A DNA stretch of 64,000 bases. It comes from an uncultured Clostridium sp. (GTDB taxonomy: Bacteria > Bacillota > Clostridia > TANB77 > CAG-508). The first letter of the stretch is position 1. The number at the start of each line of letters is the position of its first letter. Position numbers and translations under genes: made by a program. The notes beneath the pieces were generated by a model that searched no databases, was not told where the DNA came from, and saw nothing but the letters and a program-made list of their open reading frames with translations. Location of the stretch: contig CAYJIP010000005.1 of assembly GCA_964370265.1 (NCBI GenBank), positions 29,915-93,914 of the forward strand. Direction: 5' to 3'. Shown here piece after piece: positions 10,074 through 18,477 of the stretch.

Positions 10074-10146
10074 TATAACCTGGAATAATAAAGAATATAT
10101 AGACTTAAATGAAAAAACAAAAGAGAAAAGAGAAAAAATTAAAAAT

Positions 10147-10184
10147 AAAAAAGAAACTGAATTTTAAAATTCAGTTTCTTTTTT
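10147..10184. terminator. Bidirectional intrinsic terminator (fabI and convergent orphan gene)
   Basis: Perfect palindrome AAGAAACTGAATTTTAAAATTCAGTTTCTT (10151-10180), flanked by an A-run and a T-run. Confidence 0.85.
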
Positions 10185-10187
10185 ATG

Positions 10188-10258
10188 CTATACACACTAT
10201 TCTATACATACTATTCTATACATACTATTCTAATCATACTATCTTAATCATACCTATT
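10188..10258. repeat. 14-nt tandem repeat, about 5 copies (CTATACATACTATT and variants)
   Basis: Units at 10188, 10202, 10216, 10230 and 10244, degenerating towards the 3' end. Confidence 0.9.
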
Positions 10259-10273
10259 GAGCTAGTAATATTA

Positions 10274-10297
10274 AACTATCAACTATCAACTATAAAC
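10274..10297. repeat. 7-nt tandem repeat AACTATC x3
   Basis: Abuts the stop codon (10299-10301) of the minus-strand orphan gene. Confidence 0.8.
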
Positions 10298-10298
10298 T

Positions 10299-10967
10299 TT
10301 AAACCCTAGTATGAATCTTACTTATTTCTGATTTTAAATTAACTAAAAAATCATTTAAATTGATGTTTTCAATTAAATCATTTTTTGTTATTTGTAAATT
10401 AAAACTACCAAAAGATTCATATAACATACAGGTATTAGTATAATCAGATAAAAAAGTTAGTAATTTAATAATTTTTTTATTAAAGCGATACTCATCTGCA
10501 TGTGTACTTAACTCTATTTTTGAAATAGATGCAAATTTGAGTGAAGATACAGTTTTCTCAGTCAAAAATTCAAGTTGTTGAGAAAAATATTTAATTAGAT
10601 AATGAATTTCGTGAATATTTTTGTATGAAGGTAAAATGCTTTGACTATTAGTAGATAGATTTAAAATTAAAATTAAATTATAGAATTTATTTTCATATTC
10701 CGCAAATTTTGAAAAAAAATCAATATCTGTGAAAAGCAAATTAAATTTATATTTAAAACCAACTTTTTCTAAAAGTGTGATTTTTACAGAATGTAAGTTT
10801 AAAGATTTAAAAGATAGAAGTGTTTGAACTTCTAAGGGTATATTTCTTTTTACATCAGTGAAATAGCATTCATACAAAGATTTAATCCAATTTTGTAGAT
10901 TTGATTCTTGAACATAAATAGTGCACTGCGAAGTAAAAGCATAGGATGACGCTTTGTATTTTTTCAT
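10299..10967 (-). CDS. Orphan hypothetical protein A (222 aa), paralog of the adjacent gene
   Basis: GAGAGG RBS before the ATG at 10967; the track start 11093 would run through the promoter and leader. No known domain recognised. Patchy similarity to 11243-11968. Confidence 0.65.
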   Translation of the reverse strand: MKKYKASSYAFTSQCTIYVQESNLQNWIKSLYECYFTDVKRNIPLEVQTLLSFKSLNLHSVKITLLEKVGFKYKFNLLFTDIDFFSKFAEYENKFYNLILILNLSTNSQSILPSYKNIHEIHYLIKYFSQQLEFLTEKTVSSLKFASISKIELSTHADEYRFNKKIIKLLTFLSDYTNTCMLYESFGSFNLQITKNDLIENINLNDFLVNLKSEISKIHTRV

Positions 10968-11011
10968 ATTTAGACCTCTCTTTAAAAAATATAGTAATAT
11001 TTTAATATATA

Positions 11012-11057
11012 AGAGGTAATGCCCCTCCGATATATCGGAAGGATAATTAAAACCTTC
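11012..11057 (-). promoter_or_regulatory. Structured 5' leader of orphan A containing the conserved palindrome CCTTCCGATATATCGGAGGG
   Basis: GC-rich island in AT-rich DNA. The palindrome at 11023-11042 overlaps hairpin GAAGG/CCTTC (11038-11057) and a weak GAGG/CCTC hairpin (11013-11027). Confidence 0.5.
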
Positions 11058-11064
11058 TTTATAT

Positions 11065-11073
11065 AATATAACA
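11065..11073 (-). promoter_or_regulatory. Extended -10 promoter element of orphan A (TGTTATATT)
   Basis: Minus strand reads TTTTGTGTTATATTATAT, closely resembling the promoter of orphan B. Confidence 0.45.
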
Positions 11074-11132
11074 CAAAATAGAAGAAAACACAAAGTATTT
11101 ACAAAAAATAGAAGTGAAAAATTGAAAAAAAT

Positions 11133-11161
11133 GTAAAAAGTAAAAAAGTAAAAAAGTAAAA
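11133..11161. repeat. Tandem GTAAAAAA repeat, about 3.5 copies
   Basis: Read directly, next to the terminator of orphan B. Confidence 0.8.
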
Positions 11162-11162
11162 T

Positions 11163-11220
11163 AAAATACAGACTCTAATTAAATGTTAATCTATAACAAC
11201 ATTAAAAGAGTCTGTATTTT
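11163..11220 (-). terminator. Intrinsic terminator of orphan B
   Basis: 14-bp arms AAAATACAGACTCT / AGAGTCTGTATTTT with a structured loop. T-rich tract follows on the minus strand. Confidence 0.75.
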
Positions 11221-11242
11221 ATGATATATATTTATAAATGTA

Positions 11243-11968
11243 TTAAACCAAATCTGGGCAAAGGGTTAGTAATTGTATATTCAGTGTAGTTAAACATTTA
11301 CAAATATTTTTTGAATTAATAAATTCTTCTATAGAAAAATTTATCTTAAATTTTTTTCTATTTTTCTTATATGAAAAACTAGAAGTTTTAATATGATGTT
11401 CAAATATTTTTAAAATTTTAATAATCATAATATATTCGGAGTATTTTTCAAAATTAATTTTTTTCAAAGTATCTAGATCACCATAAAAAAGAGTAATTTC
11501 ATCAGAGATTTTGATTTTTAAATTTGAATGATTTGGTAGGTGTTCAATATTTGATTTTGTATCTAATTCAAAATAAAAATAGGTTGATTTTGTGAATTTT
11601 AACTCTTTATATAGTTTTAAAAAACTAGACATCGTATTGAAACATAAATTGAAAATATAATAAGGTTTCCGCTTACCTATTTGAATATATTCAAAACTTT
11701 GAATTGTAGCTCCAGCTAAGCTTAAATTATGTAGTAAAGTGATAACTTTACTTAATTGTTTTTTTTCTATTTGTGCTTTTTCACTAGTTGCATTAATAGT
11801 GTTAAAATGATTTAAGCAATTTTCATACCAATAATTAATTGATTTATTTTGAGCGGTATTTCTAAATCTGCTCGGAATATTTTTTAATATAATAGAGCAA
11901 AAAGTTTTTAGTGAATAATTTAAAGTGTTATTCGGTATTTCTGGTAAAAGTATTTTGTCATTTGTCAT
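11243..11968 (-). CDS. Orphan hypothetical protein B (241 aa), paralog of the adjacent gene
   Basis: GGAGGAAC RBS. No known domain recognised. Shared patches with orphan A (e.g. TLL..SL...FNL.F..F.K; C-terminal F.I..I....N....L..L). Confidence 0.7.
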   Translation of the reverse strand: MTNDKILLPEIPNNTLNYSLKTFCSIILKNIPSRFRNTAQNKSINYWYENCLNHFNTINATSEKAQIEKKQLSKVITLLHNLSLAGATIQSFEYIQIGKRKPYYIFNLCFNTMSSFLKLYKELKFTKSTYFYFELDTKSNIEHLPNHSNLKIKISDEITLFYGDLDTLKKINFEKYSEYIMIIKILKIFEHHIKTSSFSYKKNRKKFKINFSIEEFINSKNICKCLTTLNIQLLTLCPDLV

Positions 11969-12013
11969 AAAGTTCCTCCATAAAATTAATAATGTAAATA
12001 ATAAAATAATAAT

Positions 12014-12058
12014 CCGGAAGAATTAAACCTTCCGAATTATCGAAAGGTTATATAACCT
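12014..12058 (-). promoter_or_regulatory. Structured 5' leader of orphan B containing the conserved palindrome CCTTTCGATAATTCGGAAGG
   Basis: Three overlapping hairpins: 12045-12058 (AGGTTATATAACCT), 12026-12049 (10-bp stem, one mismatch) and 12015-12034 (CGGAAG/CTTCCG). Confidence 0.5.
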
Positions 12059-12068
12059 AATTTCATAT

Positions 12069-12077
12069 ATTATATCA
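12069..12077 (-). promoter_or_regulatory. Extended -10 promoter element of orphan B (TGATATAAT)
   Basis: Minus strand reads TTGTGATATAATATATG. The -35 is weak (TTTGTT). Confidence 0.5.
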
Positions 12078-12246
12078 CAATTAACATAAAAAACAAAATG
12101 AAAATAGGCTAAATATATAATATTTTGAGTGATTAAATATATATTAATGATCTTAAATCATATTTATATATAAATTTACTTAAAAACCTTTTAAAAGTGC
12201 AGAAAATATTATACAATATAAAAAATATATATTTTAGGAGAGGGAT

Positions 12247-13944
12247 ATGAAAAAAAAATGGCAAATATCACAATGTGATAAAACAAAAGTAGATGAATTA
12301 GTGCAAAAATATAATTTTAACAAGTTATTAGCTACAATATTAGTAAATAGAAATTTAGTAGAAGAAAAAGATATAAATCAATTTTTAAAACCTACAAGAT
12401 CAGATTTTTATGACCCTTTTTTAATAACAGATATGGAAATAGCTGTTGATAGAATAATAAATGCAATAAACAAACAAGAAAAAGTAACCATATATGGAGA
12501 TTATGATGTTGATGGAATTACAAGTACAACAGTATTAAAAAGTTTCCTAAAAGACAGAGGGTTAGAGACAGATGTATATATACCAAATAGAATAGATGAA
12601 GGATATGGTCTGAATTTATCAGCAATTGATACAATTAAAGAAAATGGTACGGATTTAATAATAACTGTAGATTGTGGTATATCAGCAAATAAAGAGATTG
12701 AATATGCTAATAGTTTAGGATTAGAAACAATAGTAACAGATCACCATGAGCCAGGAGAAGAATTACCAAATGCGTATGCGATTATTGATAATAAGAGAAA
12801 AGATAGCACATATCCTTTTAGAGAACTAGCAGGTGTCGGTGTTGTATTTAAAGTAGTACAAGCAATTAGTAAAAAGATGGAATTGAGAGATGAAGAATAT
12901 CTTAAATATTTGGACATAGTTTGTGTTGGTACAATATCAGATATAGTCCCATTAGTAGATGAAAATAGAGTTATTACAAAATTAGGTATGATGTTGGTTG
13001 AAAAAACACGAAATATTGGATTAAAGTCAATACTTAAATCATCTGGGTATAATGTAATTGATTCTAACACAATATCATTTGGAGTAGCACCTAGAATAAA
13101 TGCATGTGGAAGAATGGGGAAGGCTGAAGAAGCTTTACAATTATTACTTTCAAATAATTTAGAAGAAGTAAGACAATTGACACAAAATTTAAATGATCAT
13201 AATAAAATAAGACAAGAAACAGAAAAAAATATATTTAACAGTGTAATAGAACAAATTGAAAAAGATAGATTAGATCAAAAACAAGCAATAATTGTAGCTG
13301 GAGAAGAATGGCATCATGGAGTAATTGGAATTGTAGCTTCTAAAATAACAGAAATGTATTTTAAACCTAGCATATTATTAAGTTATGAAGATAAAGAACC
13401 AGAAATAGGAAAAGGTTCAGGAAGAAGTATTCCAGGATTTGATTTACATAGTGCGTTAACAAATTGCAATGAATATATAGATAGATTTGGTGGACATTCT
13501 ATGGCAGTCGGAATCGCTGTACAAAAAGAAAAATTCGAGATGTTTAAGGAAAAATTTGAGGAAATAGCTGAAAAGGAAAAAATAAGTGAAATAACACCAA
13601 TAATTAATATAGATGATAAAATATGTTTATCAGAATTAAATAAAGAAATGATTCATAGTCTTAAATGTTTAGAACCGTTTGGAGAAGCAAATAAGACACC
13701 AATATTTGCATTTAAAAATTTAAAAATTGATTCAATAAGAGCTTTATCAGAAGGTAAGCATTTAAAACTTACATTAAAAGATGAAAATCATATAATAAAT
13801 GCAATAGGGTTTAACATTGGGCAACTTGCTAATGAATACAGGATTGGCGATAAGGTAGATATAGCAGGAATGTTAGAAGTAAATTCATTTAATAATATTG
13901 AAAGTTTACAAATTAAAATTAGAGATATAATGAAATCATATTAA
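12247..13944 (+). CDS. recJ: Single-stranded-DNA-specific exonuclease RecJ
   Basis: DHH family motifs GDYDVDGITS, DCG and VTDHHEP, plus DHHA1-like GGHSMAVG. Confidence 0.9.
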   Translation: MKKKWQISQCDKTKVDELVQKYNFNKLLATILVNRNLVEEKDINQFLKPTRSDFYDPFLITDMEIAVDRIINAINKQEKVTIYGDYDVDGITSTTVLKSFLKDRGLETDVYIPNRIDEGYGLNLSAIDTIKENGTDLIITVDCGISANKEIEYANSLGLETIVTDHHEPGEELPNAYAIIDNKRKDSTYPFRELAGVGVVFKVVQAISKKMELRDEEYLKYLDIVCVGTISDIVPLVDENRVITKLGMMLVEKTRNIGLKSILKSSGYNVIDSNTISFGVAPRINACGRMGKAEEALQLLLSNNLEEVRQLTQNLNDHNKIRQETEKNIFNSVIEQIEKDRLDQKQAIIVAGEEWHHGVIGIVASKITEMYFKPSILLSYEDKEPEIGKGSGRSIPGFDLHSALTNCNEYIDRFGGHSMAVGIAVQKEKFEMFKEKFEEIAEKEKISEITPIINIDDKICLSELNKEMIHSLKCLEPFGEANKTPIFAFKNLKIDSIRALSEGKHLKLTLKDENHIINAIGFNIGQLANEYRIGDKVDIAGMLEVNSFNNIESLQIKIRDIMKSY

Positions 13945-13957
13945 TTAACTTAGTAGA

Positions 13958-13989
13958 ATTATAATTTAATTTGATTATAATTTAATTTG
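13958..13989. repeat. 16-nt direct repeat ATTATAATTTAATTTG x2
   Basis: Begins 14 nt after the recJ stop, in the recJ-relA spacer. Confidence 0.9.
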
Positions 13990-14030
13990 AATAATATTTT
14001 AAGAATCTTGAAAAAGAGGGGGATGACAAG

Positions 14031-16232
14031 ATGCAGGCGAAAGAAGGAAAAAAAATAGTAATTCAAGATGTAATTGCAAAGAAAAAAGAGATAACTAGAA
14101 AAGCAGATTCAAAGGCAATAATGAAAGCATACAAATATGCAGAAATACATCATGGAGATCAATTGAGAAAATCAGGAGAACCATATATAATACATCCACT
14201 TAGTGTAGCATATATATTAGCTGAAATAGGGTTAGATGATGCATCTATCATTGCAGCATTGTTACATGATTTAGTTGAAGATACTCCAACTACACAAGCA
14301 GATGTAGAAAAAGAATTTGGTGTAGAAGTATCTCAATTAGTAGCAGGTGTTACAAAATTAGGAAGTATGCATTTTGAAACAATAGAAGAGCAACAAGTAG
14401 AAGATTATAGAAAAATGTTTTTAGCTATGGGTAAAGACATACGAGTGATATTAATAAAATTAGCAGATAGACTTCATAATATGAGAACATTAAAATTCTT
14501 AAGAAGAGATAGACAAATAGCTATAGCAAAAGAAACAATGGAATTATATGCACCACTTGCAAATAGGTTAGGTTTATACTCACTAAAATGGGAATTAGAA
14601 GATCTAGCATTTAAATATTTGCAACCAGAAGATTATCATGAGATATTAGATGGAATAAACAAAAAAAGAGAAGAAAGATTAACTTTTATTGAGAAAATAA
14701 TGGATTCAATAAGAGGTGATTTAAAAAAGCAAAGAATAGATGCAGAAGTAACAGGTAGAGCAAAACACCTATATTCAATATATAGAAAAATGAAAAGAGA
14801 TAACAAAACGATAGATCAAATTTATGATTTATTTGCACTTAGAATATTAGTTAATTCGGTTAAGGATTGTTACTCAGCTTTAGGTATAGTTCATGACTTA
14901 TATAGTCCTATGCCAGGAAGATTTAAAGACTATATAGCTGTTCCTAAACCTAATATGTATCAATCTATACACACTACATTATTAGGACAAAAAGGAACTC
15001 CATTTGAAGTTCAAATTCGTACATGGGATATGCATAGAATAGCAGAGTTTGGTATTGCTGCACATTGGGCATATAAAGAAAATAGCTATTTTGGAAAAAA
15101 ACAATTGGTAAAAGTAGAGGAAGATAAATTAGCTTGGTTAAGAGAAACTTTAGAATGGCAAAAAGATATGCAGGATCCACAAGAGTTTTTGAACACATTA
15201 AAAACAGAATTGTTTCAAGATGAAGTTTATGTGTTTACACCAAAAGGAGCAATTAAAGTTCTACCACGTAATGCAACACCGATCGATTTCGCATATTCAA
15301 TTCATGCTGAAATTGGTAACAGAATGACAGGAGCCAAGATAAATAGTAAAATGATGCCAATAATAACACCACTTGAAAATGGTGATATTGTTGAAGTAAT
15401 AACATCAGATAATGCAAAAGGTCCAAGTAGAGATTGGATTAAATTTGTTAAAAGTAGTAGTGCTAAAAATAAGATAATGGCATTTTTCAAAAAAGCAAAT
15501 AAAGAAGAAAATATAGAAAAAGGTAAAAATTTAATAGATAAAGAAATCAAAAGAATTGGATTAACACACACAGAATTATTTAAAGTACAGTATTTAAATC
15601 CAATGTTGGAAAAATATAAATATAAAACTATTGAAGAAATGTATGCATCAGTAGGTTTTGGAGCTAATTCACCAGTTAAAATAATTTCAAGAGTGTTGCA
15701 AGAGTATAGAAAAGAAAACGAAGAAATAAATATAGAAGAAAAAATAAAACAACTATCTGAAGAAAAAGTAATAAAGCCTAGACCATCAAGTTCAGGGATT
15801 ATTGTAAAAGGAATAGATAATTGTTTAGTTAAATTATCAAAATGTTGCAATCCTTTACCAGGAGATAATATAATTGGATATATAACAAAAGGTAGAGGGG
15901 TTTCAGTACATCGTACAGATTGTGCCAATATAACAGAACTATTCTCAGAAGATAATAGATTGATAGATGTAGAGTGGTTTAAAGAAAAAAATTCATCATA
16001 TATCGCAGATATAAAAATATTTTCAAATGATAGAGGTGGACTATTAGTAGACATTTTAAAAGAAATAGGTACGACAAAAGCAAAAATTCAAGGTGTAAAT
16101 ACTAAAACATCAAAAGATAAAATTGCAAACATAGAAATAACATTGGAAGTGGAAGATATTGAACAATTAAATAGAGTCATAAAATTACTGAGAAAAATCG
16201 ATAGTGTTTATGAAGTTCAGAGAAAAAGATAA
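14031..16232 (+). CDS. relA: Bifunctional (p)ppGpp synthetase/hydrolase (RelA/SpoT homolog)
   Basis: HD hydrolase motif (HHGDQ..SGEPYIIHP), synthetase motif (GRAKHLYSIYRKM), and TGS and ACT regions. Confidence 0.95.
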   Translation: MQAKEGKKIVIQDVIAKKKEITRKADSKAIMKAYKYAEIHHGDQLRKSGEPYIIHPLSVAYILAEIGLDDASIIAALLHDLVEDTPTTQADVEKEFGVEVSQLVAGVTKLGSMHFETIEEQQVEDYRKMFLAMGKDIRVILIKLADRLHNMRTLKFLRRDRQIAIAKETMELYAPLANRLGLYSLKWELEDLAFKYLQPEDYHEILDGINKKREERLTFIEKIMDSIRGDLKKQRIDAEVTGRAKHLYSIYRKMKRDNKTIDQIYDLFALRILVNSVKDCYSALGIVHDLYSPMPGRFKDYIAVPKPNMYQSIHTTLLGQKGTPFEVQIRTWDMHRIAEFGIAAHWAYKENSYFGKKQLVKVEEDKLAWLRETLEWQKDMQDPQEFLNTLKTELFQDEVYVFTPKGAIKVLPRNATPIDFAYSIHAEIGNRMTGAKINSKMMPIITPLENGDIVEVITSDNAKGPSRDWIKFVKSSSAKNKIMAFFKKANKEENIEKGKNLIDKEIKRIGLTHTELFKVQYLNPMLEKYKYKTIEEMYASVGFGANSPVKIISRVLQEYRKENEEINIEEKIKQLSEEKVIKPRPSSSGIIVKGIDNCLVKLSKCCNPLPGDNIIGYITKGRGVSVHRTDCANITELFSEDNRLIDVEWFKEKNSSYIADIKIFSNDRGGLLVDILKEIGTTKAKIQGVNTKTSKDKIANIEITLEVEDIEQLNRVIKLLRKIDSVYEVQRKR

Positions 16233-16263
16233 GTCTAAGGAAGATAGCAAAAAGGAGAAATTA

Positions 16264-16911
16264 ATGATATTAAAAGAACTAAAGATTCAAACATGGGTAG
16301 GTGACCCTACAAAATGCTATATAATAACAGACGAAGAGTCAAAAGAAACTATGGTAATTGATCCGGCAGGGGATGCAGAAAAAATAGCAGAAATGATAAA
16401 TATATTAGAAGGTAAATTGAAATATATAATAATAACACATTGTCATAGTGATCATATTTTAGGTGTAGAAGAATTGAAATCTATAGCAGGTGGAAAAGTA
16501 TTGATTCATAGACAAGAAGCAGTAAATTTAAATAATCCAGAGATAAATCTATCACCATATATAGGGGTTAAGAATATTGAATTGGAAGCTGACTCAAGAC
16601 TTGATGATAATGATATAATTCATTTAGGTGAGTTGCAATTTAAAGTTATACATACACCAGGACATACTTCAGGAGGTATATGTATATATTGTGAAAAAGA
16701 AAAGTGTCTGTTTTCGGGAGATACAATCTTTAGAGGTACATGGGGAAGAACTGATTTACCAACATCAAGTTTAGAGGATATAATGTATTCAATTGAAAAA
16801 AAATTAATGATATTACCAGAAGATACAATAGTATACCCAGGTCATGGAATGATGACTATGATAAAAGAAGAAAAACCAATATATTTGGAATTAAAACCAA
16901 AATTATATTAA
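16264..16911 (+). CDS. MBL-fold metallo-hydrolase (glyoxalase II-like)
   Basis: THCHSDH motif. AAGGAGA RBS before ATG 16264. The track start 16204 overlaps the relA 3' end. Confidence 0.8.
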   Translation: MILKELKIQTWVGDPTKCYIITDEESKETMVIDPAGDAEKIAEMINILEGKLKYIIITHCHSDHILGVEELKSIAGGKVLIHRQEAVNLNNPEINLSPYIGVKNIELEADSRLDDNDIIHLGELQFKVIHTPGHTSGGICIYCEKEKCLFSGDTIFRGTWGRTDLPTSSLEDIMYSIEKKLMILPEDTIVYPGHGMMTMIKEEKPIYLELKPKLY

Positions 16912-16951
16912 TAAATATTGAGTAAACTGAAAAAATAGAAAGAGGATTAGT

Positions 16952-18274
16952 ATGGATAAAAATAGAGTAGAACCAAGAACTTTACCAGGGTTCATGGAAT
17001 TAATGCCAGATGAGCAAATATTATTTAATGATATGAAAAAGACAATACAAGAAACATATGAAAAATTTGGATTTTTGCCACTTGATACACCAGCTTTAGA
17101 ATATTCAGAAGTACTACTTGCAAAAGCAGGTGGTGAAACAGAGCAACAGATATATAGATTTATGAAAGGTGATAATGATTTATCATTAAGATTTGATTTG
17201 ACAGTGCCGCTTGCGAAATACGTATCAAAAAATTATGGAACATTAAGTTTTCCTTTCAGAAGGTATCAAATAGGAAAAGTATATAGAGGAGAAAAAGTTC
17301 AAAAAGGCCGTTATAGAGAATTTTATCAATGTGATATAGATGTAATAGGTGATGGAGAATTAGACGTTATAAATGACGCAGAATTACCAAGTATAATATA
17401 TACAATATTTAAAAAATTAGGATTTGATAAGTTTGTAATAAGAATTAATAATAGAAAAATATTAAATGGATTATTTGAAAGTATTAATGAAAAAGAAAAA
17501 TCTGTTGATATAATAAGAATTATAGATAAAATAGATAAAATAGGTAGTGAAAAAGTAATTGAAGAATTGAAAAAAATAGCTATTGATGATAAATCTATTG
17601 AAACAATAATGAATTTTATACTATTAAACGGATCAAATGATGAAAAAATAGAAAAATTAAAACAATTAAATATAAATAATGAAACATTTAAAAAAGGATT
17701 AGAAGAATTAGAAATAGTAAATAAATATGTAAATGTATTAGGTGTTCCAGTAGAAAACTATAAAATAGACTTAACTATAGCAAGAGGTTTGGATTACTAT
17801 ACAGGAACTGTTTATGAGACTTTTTTAACTGAATACAGAGAATTAGGAAGTGTATGTTCTGGAGGAAGATATGAAGAATTAGCAGAATATTATACAGATA
17901 AAAAATTACCTGGTGTAGGAATATCAATAGGCCTTACAAGATTATTCTATAAATTAAATGAATTGAAATTAATACAAGCAAATAAAAAATCAATAGCAGA
18001 TGTATTAATAATACCAATGTTAGAAGATTTATCAGTTCCGCTAAAATTAGCAGCAGATCTAAGAAAAGAAGATGTAAATGTAGAAGTATATTTGAATAAT
18101 AAAAAATTGAAAAATAAATTAAAATATGCAGATAAATTAAAAATTCCATACATAATATTAATTGGTGAAGATGAAGTGAAAAATAATAAAGTTAAAGTTA
18201 AAAATATGGAAACAGGAAATGAAACTGAAGTAGAATTAGATTCGATAAAAATTTCTAGTATTTTAGGAAAGTAA
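16952..18274 (+). CDS. hisS: Histidine--tRNA ligase
   Basis: Class II motifs (FRRYQIGKVYRGE, RGLDYYTGTVYE) plus a C-terminal anticodon-binding domain, which argues against HisZ. Confidence 0.85.
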   Translation: MDKNRVEPRTLPGFMELMPDEQILFNDMKKTIQETYEKFGFLPLDTPALEYSEVLLAKAGGETEQQIYRFMKGDNDLSLRFDLTVPLAKYVSKNYGTLSFPFRRYQIGKVYRGEKVQKGRYREFYQCDIDVIGDGELDVINDAELPSIIYTIFKKLGFDKFVIRINNRKILNGLFESINEKEKSVDIIRIIDKIDKIGSEKVIEELKKIAIDDKSIETIMNFILLNGSNDEKIEKLKQLNINNETFKKGLEELEIVNKYVNVLGVPVENYKIDLTIARGLDYYTGTVYETFLTEYRELGSVCSGGRYEELAEYYTDKKLPGVGISIGLTRLFYKLNELKLIQANKKSIADVLIIPMLEDLSVPLKLAADLRKEDVNVEVYLNNKKLKNKLKYADKLKIPYIILIGEDEVKNNKVKVKNMETGNETEVELDSIKISSILGK

Positions 18275-18291
18275 AATAAATTATGTATTGA

Positions 18292-18310
18292 TAGAAGTTA
18301 GAAGTTAGAA
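18292..18310. repeat. 7-nt tandem repeat TAGAAGT, about 2.7 copies
   Basis: 17 nt after the hisS stop and before the terminator hairpin. Confidence 0.7.
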
Positions 18311-18352
18311 TTAAATGAATATAGAGCAATTGAATAAGTACAAAGTAATTAC

Positions 18353-18395
18353 AAAAAGGTTTTTAGCAAATGTTAAATTTGCTAAAAACCTTTTT
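18353..18395. terminator. Bidirectional intrinsic terminator (hisS / crp-family gene)
   Basis: 18-bp arms AAAAAGGTTTTTAGCAAA / TTTGCTAAAAACCTTTTT. Confidence 0.85.
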
Positions 18396-18477
18396 CTTGT
18401 TAGTATACGATTACTTTTATTGAAAACAAGTAGTTTATATTTTATTTTTTTGACTCTTATCTATTTTATTATAAGTT

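Noticed and set aside
10109-10309. 66-aa plus-strand ORF after fabI
   Set aside because: Runs through the fabI terminator palindrome and the 14-mer and 7-mer tandem repeats. The Lys-rich start is just an A-run. Not coding.
15302-16054. 250-aa minus-strand ORF inside relA
   Set aside because: Antisense to a highly conserved gene. Hydrophobic low-complexity product. No start context. A shadow-frame artefact.
16204-16263. Upstream extension of the MBL hydrolase ORF overlapping relA
   Set aside because: ATG 16264 has an AAGGAGA RBS at proper spacing. The extension is Lys-rich read-through of the relA 3' end.
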